NCBI GenBank assembly: GCA_963707985.1
Contig: CAVPRW010000002.1
Coordinates: 32,001-96,000 of the forward strand
Reading direction: 5' to 3'
Source of the DNA: an uncultured Nitrospinota bacterium
GTDB lineage: Bacteria; Tectomicrobia; Entotheonellia; J063; CAVPRW01
DNA: 64,000 nt
Shown here: piece after piece, positions 11,407 through 20,008 of the stretch
Layout: the number at the start of each line of letters is the position of its first letter
How positions within the stretch are numbered: the first letter of the stretch is position 1
Made by a program: the position numbers and the translations under genes
The notes under the pieces: generated by a model
Database searches by the model: none
What the model saw: the letters and a program-made list of their open reading frames with translations, nothing else
What the model was told of the DNA's origin: nothing

Positions 11407-11773
11407 ACCTCTGGCCTGGGTGGCACGAGCGGAAGAAGACTTGGCGTTAGCACGATCGGCGCTGCGGCGTAAGACACCTTTGACGTACGGGGCAACCTTC
11501 CATGCCCAGCAGTGTGCTGAAAAATACCTTAAGGCGCTGCTCTTGGCCCGACATCAGGTATTTCCCAGAACTCATGACTTGGCGGCATTGAGCGACTTGT
11601 GCCTGCAAAATGAGATTATCGTTCCGGTGGATCGAGATGCACTCGAGCGCTTGACAGCCTATGCTGTTCAGGTGCGTTACCCGGGTGAAGATCCCACGCC
11701 CGATGAGGCACAAGAAGCACTGCAAATAGCCCAGGCTGTGCGCCGATTTGCCAGAAGGTTGCTGAACCCTTGA
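11390..11773 (+). CDS. HEPN domain protein (MNT-HEPN pair)
   Basis: W..RAEEDL..A, FHAQQCAEKYLKA, PRTHDL, RYPG motifs; overlaps the MNT stop. Confidence 0.9.
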   Translation: MHAPTEPLAWVARAEEDLALARSALRRKTPLTYGATFHAQQCAEKYLKALLLARHQVFPRTHDLAALSDLCLQNEIIVPVDRDALERLTAYAVQVRYPGEDPTPDEAQEALQIAQAVRRFARRLLNP

Positions 11774-11842
11774 ACTGTATCGTGCCATGGAGATGACTTT
11801 TGGCTACCCCGAGCGGAGGCCGCGCTGGCGCAGGCGGAGTAG
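11772..11842 (+). pseudogene. 3' stub of a cyclase/TPR gene
   Basis: gaactgtatcgtgccatggagatgact..tggctacccc..gcggaggccgcgctggcgcaggcggagtag closely matches ~10796-10862 (EMYRAMEMTFWLSQAEA). Confidence 0.75.
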
Positions 11843-11990
11843 AGCAGAAGATGGTGTGGGAAGACGGTGTTGAGTGCATCAGGGATTCCTCCATTCGATG
11901 AGCTAAATCGGAACACATAACATTGGTGCACCTGCGTTTGCAGTCAGTGGCAAAATCCCCCCTGCCCTCCTTTGTCAAAGCTCTCTGGGG

Positions 11991-12100
11991 TAGGTTTTTC
12001 ATCCCCTCTCCCTCTGGGAGAGGGTTAGGGTGAGGGAAGGATGGTGGCATCGCAGAAGACCCCCCTCACCCCCGCCCTCTCCCGGTGGGAGAGGGAAAAA
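11991..12100. repeat. REP-like palindromic doublet in inverted orientation
   Basis: CCCTCTCCCTCTGGGAGAGGGTTAGGGTGAGGG followed by the inverted variant CCCTCACCCCCGCCCTCTCCCGGTGGGAGAGGG. 11991-12037 matches 62743-62789 at 46/47 nt. Confidence 0.75.
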
Positions 12101-12338
12101 GGTACCAGGGTCAGTGTCGTGTCCGAAAAAACCTACCCTTATGAGCCAGAGGGAGGGGGAAAAACAGGAGGGCATCATGGACAACGACATCAGGGTCCCG
12201 GGTCTGGGGCGCATCGTGTCCAAGCGTGCCCCCCTCAATTGCATCGCCTACGCACTCCAATATGGCGCAAGCCCAGTCTGGAACGCACGCCAGGGATTTT
12301 TGCTTTGGGTCGATCTTTTGTCATGAAGAGGAGTACCC

Positions 12339-14003
12339 ATGGAGACACCGCAGCGAGATCTCGGAGAGACACGTGGTGTGAGCCGTCGTCAGCTGCTGAA
12401 AGCCGGCTTGGCAGCCGGTGTAGCGCTATCTGCCTGGCCCCTCATCGATCCACCTACGCCATGGAGTGAAGAAGCAGGACCGCCCAAACGCGGCGGCATC
12501 CTGCGCGTGCGCGGGCGAGACCCGGTCCACTTCGATCCGCACCTGTCGATCAATGTCAGGACACAGAGCACGCTCAGTTTCGTATACAGCAAGCTGGTGC
12601 GGCATAAAGTCGGCGCGGACGTGCAGCCAGGCACCTTCATCGTGGAGCCCGATCTGGCGGAGCGATGGGAGGAAGTGGACGACACGACCTATGTCTTCCA
12701 TCTGCGCAAAGGAGTCAAATGGCACAACAAACCGCCTGTCAACGGCCGCGAATTGGTAGCCGAGGACGTCAAATTCAGCTATGACCGCTTCCTAACGGAA
12801 AAGGGGAATGCCGACCGTTACATCTTGGAGCTCGTCGACAGGGTCGAGGTGGTAGACCGCTATACGGTGAAGTTCCTCCTCAAAGAGCCCTATGTCTGGC
12901 TGATCAACGTACTGGCCAACCCGCGGAGCATGTGGATCTTGGCCCCCGAGGTCCTGGAGAAATACGGTGACTTCAAGAAGGTCGAGACCGCCATCGGCAC
13001 TGGCCCATTCACCCTGGAGCGCTACGAGCCGAACGTCAAGACGATCTTCAAGCGCAACCCGGAGTATTTCCTCAAGGACCTACCCTGGGTAGACGGGGTG
13101 GAGTGGCTGGTCCTCGACGATCCCTCGACAGGACTGGCGATGTATCGCACGGGGCAAATCGACGCAGGCCCAGAGTCCAACTGGAACGTGCGCCAACAGG
13201 ACCTGGACTCGCTCAAGAAGAGTCATCCGCACCTGCACTACCGGGATTGGCTGTCACTCGTGACCCATGCGATCTACCTGCGGACCGATCAGCCTCCCTT
13301 CAACGACGTGCGCGTCCGGCGGGCCATCTCTCATGCGCTCGATCGCCAGGCGATCGTCGAGGCGGTATATGTCAGAGGCGAGCCGACCTCAGCCATAGGC
13401 CGCGGCTCAGCCGAGTGGTCGCTGCCCGTCGATCAACTCGGTGAGGGGGCGAAATACTATCGGTACGATCCCAAGGAGGCCAAGCGTTTGCTGGCGGAAG
13501 CGGGTTTTCCAAAAGGCTTTAAGACACAACTCAATTCCACTGGTGGGTACGGCCCTGATTTGCCGGATGCCGTGCAATTGGCGCAGCGGTATCTCAAGGA
13601 TGTCGGCATCGAGGCAGAAATGAAGCTCCAGGAATATGGTGCCTACATGGCGACGACGTTCGTGGGCAAGTTCGAGGGTATGGCCATGGGGCCCATCAGC
13701 ATCGCCTGGGAACCGGATAGTGTGCTGTACGGCTTGTATGGGCCTGACCAACCGCGCAACAGCGGCCACGTCAATGACCCCAAGATCACGGCGTTGCTGA
13801 AAGAGCAGCGCCGGACGAAGGACGTAAAGGCGCGCAAGGAGCTCATTTTCGACATCCAGCGGTATGCGTCGGAACAGCAGTACTATGTGTACACCAACTC
13901 CAACATGCTCACCGGTTCCTGGCAGCCGTATGTGAAGAACTTTGCCCCAAATATGACCTATGACTTCGGCAATCGCGCCGCGGCATTGTGGCTGGATCGG
14001 TAA
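12339..14003 (+). CDS. ABC transporter SBP family 5, Tat signal, paralog type A
   Basis: SRRQLLK motif; colinear with the 1940 and 3741 paralogs; GAGGAG RBS. Confidence 0.92.
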   Translation: METPQRDLGETRGVSRRQLLKAGLAAGVALSAWPLIDPPTPWSEEAGPPKRGGILRVRGRDPVHFDPHLSINVRTQSTLSFVYSKLVRHKVGADVQPGTFIVEPDLAERWEEVDDTTYVFHLRKGVKWHNKPPVNGRELVAEDVKFSYDRFLTEKGNADRYILELVDRVEVVDRYTVKFLLKEPYVWLINVLANPRSMWILAPEVLEKYGDFKKVETAIGTGPFTLERYEPNVKTIFKRNPEYFLKDLPWVDGVEWLVLDDPSTGLAMYRTGQIDAGPESNWNVRQQDLDSLKKSHPHLHYRDWLSLVTHAIYLRTDQPPFNDVRVRRAISHALDRQAIVEAVYVRGEPTSAIGRGSAEWSLPVDQLGEGAKYYRYDPKEAKRLLAEAGFPKGFKTQLNSTGGYGPDLPDAVQLAQRYLKDVGIEAEMKLQEYGAYMATTFVGKFEGMAMGPISIAWEPDSVLYGLYGPDQPRNSGHVNDPKITALLKEQRRTKDVKARKELIFDIQRYASEQQYYVYTNSNMLTGSWQPYVKNFAPNMTYDFGNRAAALWLDR

Positions 14004-14050
14004 CGCAGGGACGGGATAGGTGTTGTTGTCCTTTTTGAGGAGGGTATACC

Positions 14051-15620
14051 ATGGAACGGCACATGAGATGGTCAATGCTCATCGGTCTGCTGGTTGCCCT
14101 GGCTTTCGGCGGATTTGTCACCGCCCAGGAGCCCAGACTTGGCGGCACGCTGCGGGTGGCGTGGGAAGCGGATGTCACCGGGCTCGATCCGCATCTCTCC
14201 ACTTGATCCTCATCTCTCCAATGGTATCCAGGCCTGGCACGTGGTAGGCAATCTCTTCAGTAGCCTGCTCACCATCGACGCCCAACTCAACTATATCCCC
14301 GACCTGGCCGAGTCCTGGGACGTCCTGGAGGATGGTAAAGTTTACGTGTTCCACCTGCGCAAGGGGGTGAAGTTCCACGATGGCACTGACTTCGATGCCG
14401 AGGTGGTGCGCTGGAACTATCAGCGCATCATAGATCCTGAGGAAAAGGCCCTCGACGCCCCCCTTTATAGCGTCGTCGAGGCGGTGGAAGCCCTCGATGC
14501 CCACACGGTGCAATTCACCCTCAAACATCCCAGCATGACCCTGCTGCCGACGATAGCGGCCAACCGTACGGGGTTTTTGCAGATGTCCCCAGCTTCCTAC
14601 AAGCAGTGGGGCAAGGAAGAGGTGCGCATGCATCCGGTGGGCACAGGGCCCGTACAAGCTCGCCCGCTGGGACCAGAACCAGATCATCGTGCTCGAGAAA
14701 AACCCCCACTACTTCAAGCCGGATCTCCCCTATCTGGATCGCATCGAGCTACGCATCATGAAGGAGGGAGTGACGCGGGTGACGGCGTTGCGGGCGGGGG
14801 AGGTGGATTTCGCTAACGCAGTGCCCCGCGAGCAGGTGGAGCGTCTCGCCAAAGACACGCACATCCAGATGCTCCGGGGCCGGGAGACCCAACGCATCAC
14901 GCTGTCCTTCAACCAGAAGAAACCACCCTTCAAGGACGTGCGCGTACGACAGGCGGTACTCGGCTATGGGATCGACCGCTACACCATTGCCAAGACGGCG
15001 CTCCTGGGGCAGGCACAGCCCCTGTGGAGCGTAGTACCCCAGGGGGCGAGGGACCATATCGACTTTGCGAGAGCAATTCCCTTACAATCCCGACAAGGCG
15101 AGGGCGCTGCTGAAGGAGGCGGGATATGACGAGAAGACGCCCTCTGCGCTACACCATCATGACCCATGGTGCGGAGGCGGCACTGCCCACCATCGCCACC
15201 ATCATCAAGACGCAGGTCGCCAAGATCGGGGTGGAGGTAACGGTGGAGGTCATCGACCGCCCGATCTTCCTGCGGCGCTTGACGACGGACCGGGACTGGG
15301 ATCAATCGGTCAATCTGGCCGCGGCCGCGTGGGATCCCTATACGATTTCCCGTGTGATGGATAGCCGGGAGGGAACCAATGTCTTCAACCACGCCGATAC
15401 GCACGTGGACGCCTTGATCGACCGTATGAGGGAGGCGCCGACGGAAGAGACGTTCCGCCAGGCCGGGCACGATTTTCAACAGTATGTAGCAGAGAACATG
15501 ATCGTGACAAGCGCTGCTTCAGTCCCCTTCTTACAGGCAGCGCGCACATATGTGAAGGGCTATGAGCTTTTGCATGGCTACAAGATTCGCTTCGAGACGA
15601 CATGGCTTGAGAAGCCCTGA
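14051..15620 (+). pseudogene. ABC transporter SBP family 5, type B (Sec signal), frameshifted
   Basis: Close paralog of intact 24122..25669; broken by a 19-bp duplication at 14182-14219 and by indels near 14652, 15068 and 15138. Confidence 0.88.
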
Positions 15621-15625
15621 GCCTC

Positions 15626-15653
15626 TGGCGGGGGTTTGCAGACACCCCCGCCA
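15626..15653. terminator. GC-rich hairpin between convergent genes
   Basis: TGGCGGGGGT...ACCCCCGCCA 10-bp stem. Confidence 0.55.
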
Positions 15654-15667
15654 TCCGTCCACTGACG

Positions 15668-15913
15668 CTAGGAGGAAGCGCCAGGACAGGCCAGGTCTGC
15701 AACCTTGGTCAGGAAGCGGACCGTGGTGGAGATCTTGCTCCCATAGACCGGGATGAGCTCGATCAACCACAGAGACTTGTCGACCAATGGTCTCACAGCG
15801 CGGTATTGCTCGCAGACCTGGGCTAAGTTGGGTATGGCCCGAACGTCTTCTTGCTCTCGCAGCACACTCTCGATCTGATTGAGAGCCTCTAGGCCTTCTT
15901 GCTCTGTTGCCAT
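15668..15913 (-). CDS. Small hypothetical protein (81 aa) linked to the CHAT protease gene
   Basis: Strong RBS GAAAGGAGA and ATG 22 nt downstream of the CHAT stop; MATEQEGLEALNQIESVLREQEDVRAIPNLAQVC...ADLACPGASS. Confidence 0.8.
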   Translation of the reverse strand: MATEQEGLEALNQIESVLREQEDVRAIPNLAQVCEQYRAVRPLVDKSLWLIELIPVYGSKISTTVRFLTKVADLACPGASS

Positions 15914-15935
15914 GTGTATCTCTCCTTTCTGTGCA

Positions 15936-18900
15936 CTAGCGAAATAAACGAAAGTAGGGATTGCCGTAATGCTGGTACGCACCCCAAGTGCGTACCCCGT
16001 AAGGCAGCTCGTAGATCGCCTTTCTCGCCTTGCGCATGGCCACATGCATGGGTTCCACCTCCAGGCCTTCCAAGCCGAGCAGACCGGTGTAGAGGCACTT
16101 TGCGAAATCACGAGCGGCTAGGTCATTGACTGGCCAGGCGGTGCAGACAAAATTCTGCACGCCACGGGCAAAGAATGATTCTGCAAAGCTGGGCGCTAGC
16201 TCGGGCGAGCGCTGCTCGGAACGATCAGGTGTAATCCCCGACTCACAGGCGTTGGAAAAGATGAACTTGGGAATACGGTCGACCCGGCTCAATTCATTGG
16301 CACTGATACGCTTACCACCGGTGAAGATCCAGCCCGAGGCTGAAGGCTTCTGTTTATCATACATACAATGGCCAGCATAGTGCAGCACGTCAAAGGGTTT
16401 GAGGATCAACTCCTGCATCACGCGGGTGCGGGTGGCCTGGCTCGGCCCCAGCAGGGCCACGATTTCCACCCCACTGACCTTCATGTCCGGCTCATGTGCC
16501 ACGAGCTGCTTAAACTTCTCAAACAGGTCGCGTACGAGGATGGCCTCCTCCTGCGCACCGGGTAGGGGATTGTCGGCCGCTGGGTCGCCGACAATCAGCA
16601 CCCGCAGGACGCGGTTCGGTGGCGGGGGTGGTTCGGGAGGTGGGGAAAAAATCGTCCGTAACTGGCGGGTGAACCCACGATGGAGGCCCAGAAACGTACG
16701 ATCTTCCTGTTTCCCAGTGCCGGCCGTGGCCCTGAGATCAGGTTGGGCGACCATTTCCCAATGGACACGAGCCACCGTGGCATCGCAGGTAAGCACCAGT
16801 GGGGCATCCGACGACAGGAGCTGCTGGAGGTCAGCCGGGAAGAGCAACTTCTCCAGAAACTCTCCTAACTCCCCCTGTCTGCCTTTCTCCCGCTGAGCCG
16901 ACAGCTCCGCATTTGCCTCATTGACCAGATCGGGGTCAAGAGGGATGTCACGCTGCGGCGCAGAGGCCGTCTCAGTAATCGCACCGAAACGGTACACATC
17001 ACCATCCAGCTCGACTGTGAGTCGAGTGGGGATGTCGCTGGTCAACTTGCTTTCCGGTTGTTCATCTTCCGCTGCACGCCGCTTTCTGTCCTCCTCTGTT
17101 GCCTCTACCTTAAGCTGGTCGATCTCCTCAAGCGTGAGCCGAACGAGCTCGACCTCTGGGGACTTGGGTGGGGCGGACTCGGCCGCCGTTTCGGACTGAG
17201 CAGGAAATGCTGCGTCTAACGCCCTCCATATCCTCAACAGTTTTGCCGGCTGCTGTTCTACGAAGGTGATCACTTCCAGATGGCGCCGAGCATCCTCCGC
17301 GGAGCTACCAATCGCCCGTTTAGCTCCCTCCAACCAAGCGCCAACCGCATCCGGGACCGATAGATTGCCGTTCCCCGATCCAATCAAGACCGTTGCCAAG
17401 TGGCGTTTGCCCAATCGCCCCAACGACCAGCAGAGCTCACGCGCCAGCACCGTCAGCTCGGGGGTACCGAATCGTCCCGCATAGCCCATTCCGGCGATGG
17501 CGATGAGCCGGTCTCGCCCTGATTGGTCATCGTCGTCCCGGGTGCGCGGATCGTCGAGGAAAAATGGCTGTCCCAATTCTCCACGAATAATGCCACGTTC
17601 CGTGAACTGCGTCAGCAACAGTTCGGACTCCCCAAGTGGCAGGTTGGAGGCATCAACTGTGCCCTGCAGCCTGGAGCTAATGGCCTGGTCCAGAGCCTTC
17701 TCGGCCGCAACTGGCTTGACGCCGATGTAATGTCCGACGGCCAGGGCATCGACGGGAATCTCACCGTCAGTGCCCGGTTGTCCGACATCCTGAATGTTTG
17801 CTTTGAGTAGCCGCACTCTGATCTTGGGTATCGGCGCTGCAACATCGGTTTGGACCGGAGGCGGTGTTGCACCCACAGATGGCCCGCCTGGCTCCTTTGG
17901 AGCGCTGATGAAACCGCGGGTAAGAATGTCCTCGGACTCACGCTCACGCTCGTTCACGAGGAGGGGCTCCTCGACTGTGTTTCCTCGAGCCATGTCCTCA
18001 GCTCTGAGGGGTAGCATCAATTCCATCAGGCGTGCTTCCTCCACTGCCTGCTTGGCCAAGAGCTCGGCGCGGGCGGCCTGTTTCGTGGCATCATCTTCCT
18101 CACCCCGCAGCGCAGAGGGGATCTCTAGGACCAACCGCTTTGTGGTACCGGTACGCAGGAGGTCATCAATGGCAGCGATCACGGTGCGGTTCCCTGGGAG
18201 AGCACCGTGCTCCTCTTCGATATAGAAGGTGGGAACCGGCCTGCCATTGTCGGCCTGCAACAGGCCAAGCGTATGAGGTACCGTGCCATCCCCTCTCTTG
18301 GTAACTTCGTAGCCATCAGTAGAACGTAGCTTCCCCCAATCCCGAACACCGCTGTAAGTGGCCTGATTGTAGCCCGCGATGTAGAGCATGCGGTCCGCAT
18401 CGATCACCGTGGACAAACCATTGTGAAACTCGCCCGCCAGATCGAGCCGACTTTGCAAGGGGGCAAGCGGGGCGTACGTGGATGCCTGATACAGTTTCTG
18501 CATATCCTGCATTCCCGGCACGCGTGGCGAGGGCAGCATTTGGTAACTGCCGACAAATGTCTTGACGATATTGAGCAGGTCCTGGACGGTGTGGCGCAGG
18601 TCGATCAGCGCCAACTTGTTCAGCGTGTCATTGAGGCCTAGAAGAAGCTGAGGGATGGTAAAAGAACCGTAATTAGGGGTCCCAAGCATCACGAGGCGAC
18701 CTCCTCGCCTGCCGTTGGTTTGGGAGTCCCACATGGACTTCCAGCGCTCTGGGTATTTCTTGATGAAGGCACGGGCGACCAAGCCACCCATCGAGTGGGC
18801 CACCAGGTGGGCCGGCCCGTTGTCACCAAACCATACTCGGAGACTCTGCGCCAATTCATCCGCGGTGCTATTGATATCGAGCCGCCAGTCATACCAGAAG

Positions 18901-19322
18901 GCATGGGCATCCCAGCTCTGCATCAGCGACAATAACAACTCCCCATAATAGCGTTTAAGGATTCCAGTAGCTTCGATAGGCGAAATGCTGTTGCCCCTAT
19001 CATCTATTTTAAGGCGTTCAAACTGGCCCAACACAAGTCGGAAAAACTTCAACCAGATATGATCCGGCTGCGCATTACTCTCATGATAGGTGAGCTCTCC
19101 GCCCATGATACCGTGTAGCACCACAACGTTGCCTTCGGTGGGCCGATCAGAGCGGGTGAGACTGCTCTGCAGGACCAGTTCGCGCATACGTTCGAAGGGA
19201 GCATCTCCTAAATACGTGCGCAACACACGCTCTTCTTCAGGGCTCGGCCGCACCATCATCGCGGCCAATCCCTTTGGATCCGCGGCCTCGACTCGATTAA
19301 TAAATTCTCGTTCGTTGATCAT
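15936..19322 (-). CDS. Alpha/beta hydrolase (LCAT/PGAP1-like lipase) - central alpha/beta domain - CHAT caspase-like protease fusion
   Basis: HGIMGG, YDWR, AHSMGG, LGTPNYGS, GDGTVP and EEEHGAL lipase motifs; CHAT motifs HWE, LPGAQEEA, LHYAGH, FSNACESG, WPVND, YQHYGNP. GGAG RBS before ATG 19322. Confidence 0.9.
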   Translation of the reverse strand: MINEREFINRVEAADPKGLAAMMVRPSPEEERVLRTYLGDAPFERMRELVLQSSLTRSDRPTEGNVVVLHGIMGGELTYHESNAQPDHIWLKFFRLVLGQFERLKIDDRGNSISPIEATGILKRYYGELLLSLMQSWDAHAFWYDWRLDINSTADELAQSLRVWFGDNGPAHLVAHSMGGLVARAFIKKYPERWKSMWDSQTNGRRGGRLVMLGTPNYGSFTIPQLLLGLNDTLNKLALIDLRHTVQDLLNIVKTFVGSYQMLPSPRVPGMQDMQKLYQASTYAPLAPLQSRLDLAGEFHNGLSTVIDADRMLYIAGYNQATYSGVRDWGKLRSTDGYEVTKRGDGTVPHTLGLLQADNGRPVPTFYIEEEHGALPGNRTVIAAIDDLLRTGTTKRLVLEIPSALRGEEDDATKQAARAELLAKQAVEEARLMELMLPLRAEDMARGNTVEEPLLVNERERESEDILTRGFISAPKEPGGPSVGATPPPVQTDVAAPIPKIRVRLLKANIQDVGQPGTDGEIPVDALAVGHYIGVKPVAAEKALDQAISSRLQGTVDASNLPLGESELLLTQFTERGIIRGELGQPFFLDDPRTRDDDDQSGRDRLIAIAGMGYAGRFGTPELTVLARELCWSLGRLGKRHLATVLIGSGNGNLSVPDAVGAWLEGAKRAIGSSAEDARRHLEVITFVEQQPAKLLRIWRALDAAFPAQSETAAESAPPKSPEVELVRLTLEEIDQLKVEATEEDRKRRAAEDEQPESKLTSDIPTRLTVELDGDVYRFGAITETASAPQRDIPLDPDLVNEANAELSAQREKGRQGELGEFLEKLLFPADLQQLLSSDAPLVLTCDATVARVHWEMVAQPDLRATAGTGKQEDRTFLGLHRGFTRQLRTIFSPPPEPPPPPNRVLRVLIVGDPAADNPLPGAQEEAILVRDLFEKFKQLVAHEPDMKVSGVEIVALLGPSQATRTRVMQELILKPFDVLHYAGHCMYDKQKPSASGWIFTGGKRISANELSRVDRIPKFIFSNACESGITPDRSEQRSPELAPSFAESFFARGVQNFVCTAWPVNDLAARDFAKCLYTGLLGLEGLEVEPMHVAMRKARKAIYELPYGVRTWGAYQHYGNPYFRLFR

Positions 19323-19738
19323 AGCTACTCCATACTTTTCCCGGGAAGTGCTCCCGACTGCGGGATACATTTAACTGGGGGAATTTGGTTCCTTTCTGTA
19401 TCCTAGATCAGCGTTAAATTCAAGCCGAAAAAGAGCATGCTCGTTGTCTGGCCGCTACCACCCGAGCGACGCGCGATCGCTGTCCCGCTGCAGCACTGAG
19501 AGCCAGGAGAAAAACCGCCGCCTCTCAGTGCTGAGGGGGAACACTCGACCACACTCAATCGCCATGGACGTGCGATGCACACGCCGGGTGGCGGGGAACT
19601 TGGCGCGGTCGTGACGTCATCCAAACACCGGCTCACAGCCTTGCGTTGGCATCGGCGATTAGCGCCGTCATACGAGCAAAAAATCCATTCGGCGTGCCCC
19701 CTCTATCCGTTCTCTTGCCTTTGCGTGGACTACCCTGA

Positions 19739-20008
19739 CTATCGTGAGCTTAGCGGGGTGTCAGATTTGCTTACAGGCGCGAGGTAGTTTTGCACGGTGT
19801 ATTCTCCGATTTTGCGTCCCATCGCCGCAGCGATTTCACCAGAAGTACGGTAATGCACGCCATCGTAGACTCGAGCATCGATTGACTCGCTGACGTAGTC
19901 CGAGAGCCTGCCGAATCTGCGCGTTACTCCCGGCGTCGTGGAGCTTGTCAGGCTGCAAGGAGATGACGCATCGCCAAAAAAGGCTTCGAGTACCGCAGCT
20001 CCGGCAGC
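19739..20008 (-). pseudogene. C-terminal fragment of a vanadium haloperoxidase/PAP2-superfamily protein
   Basis: AAGAAVLEAFFG...TRRF..LSD..SESIDARVYDGVHYRTS...GRKIG; the 5' part is missing. Confidence 0.75.
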
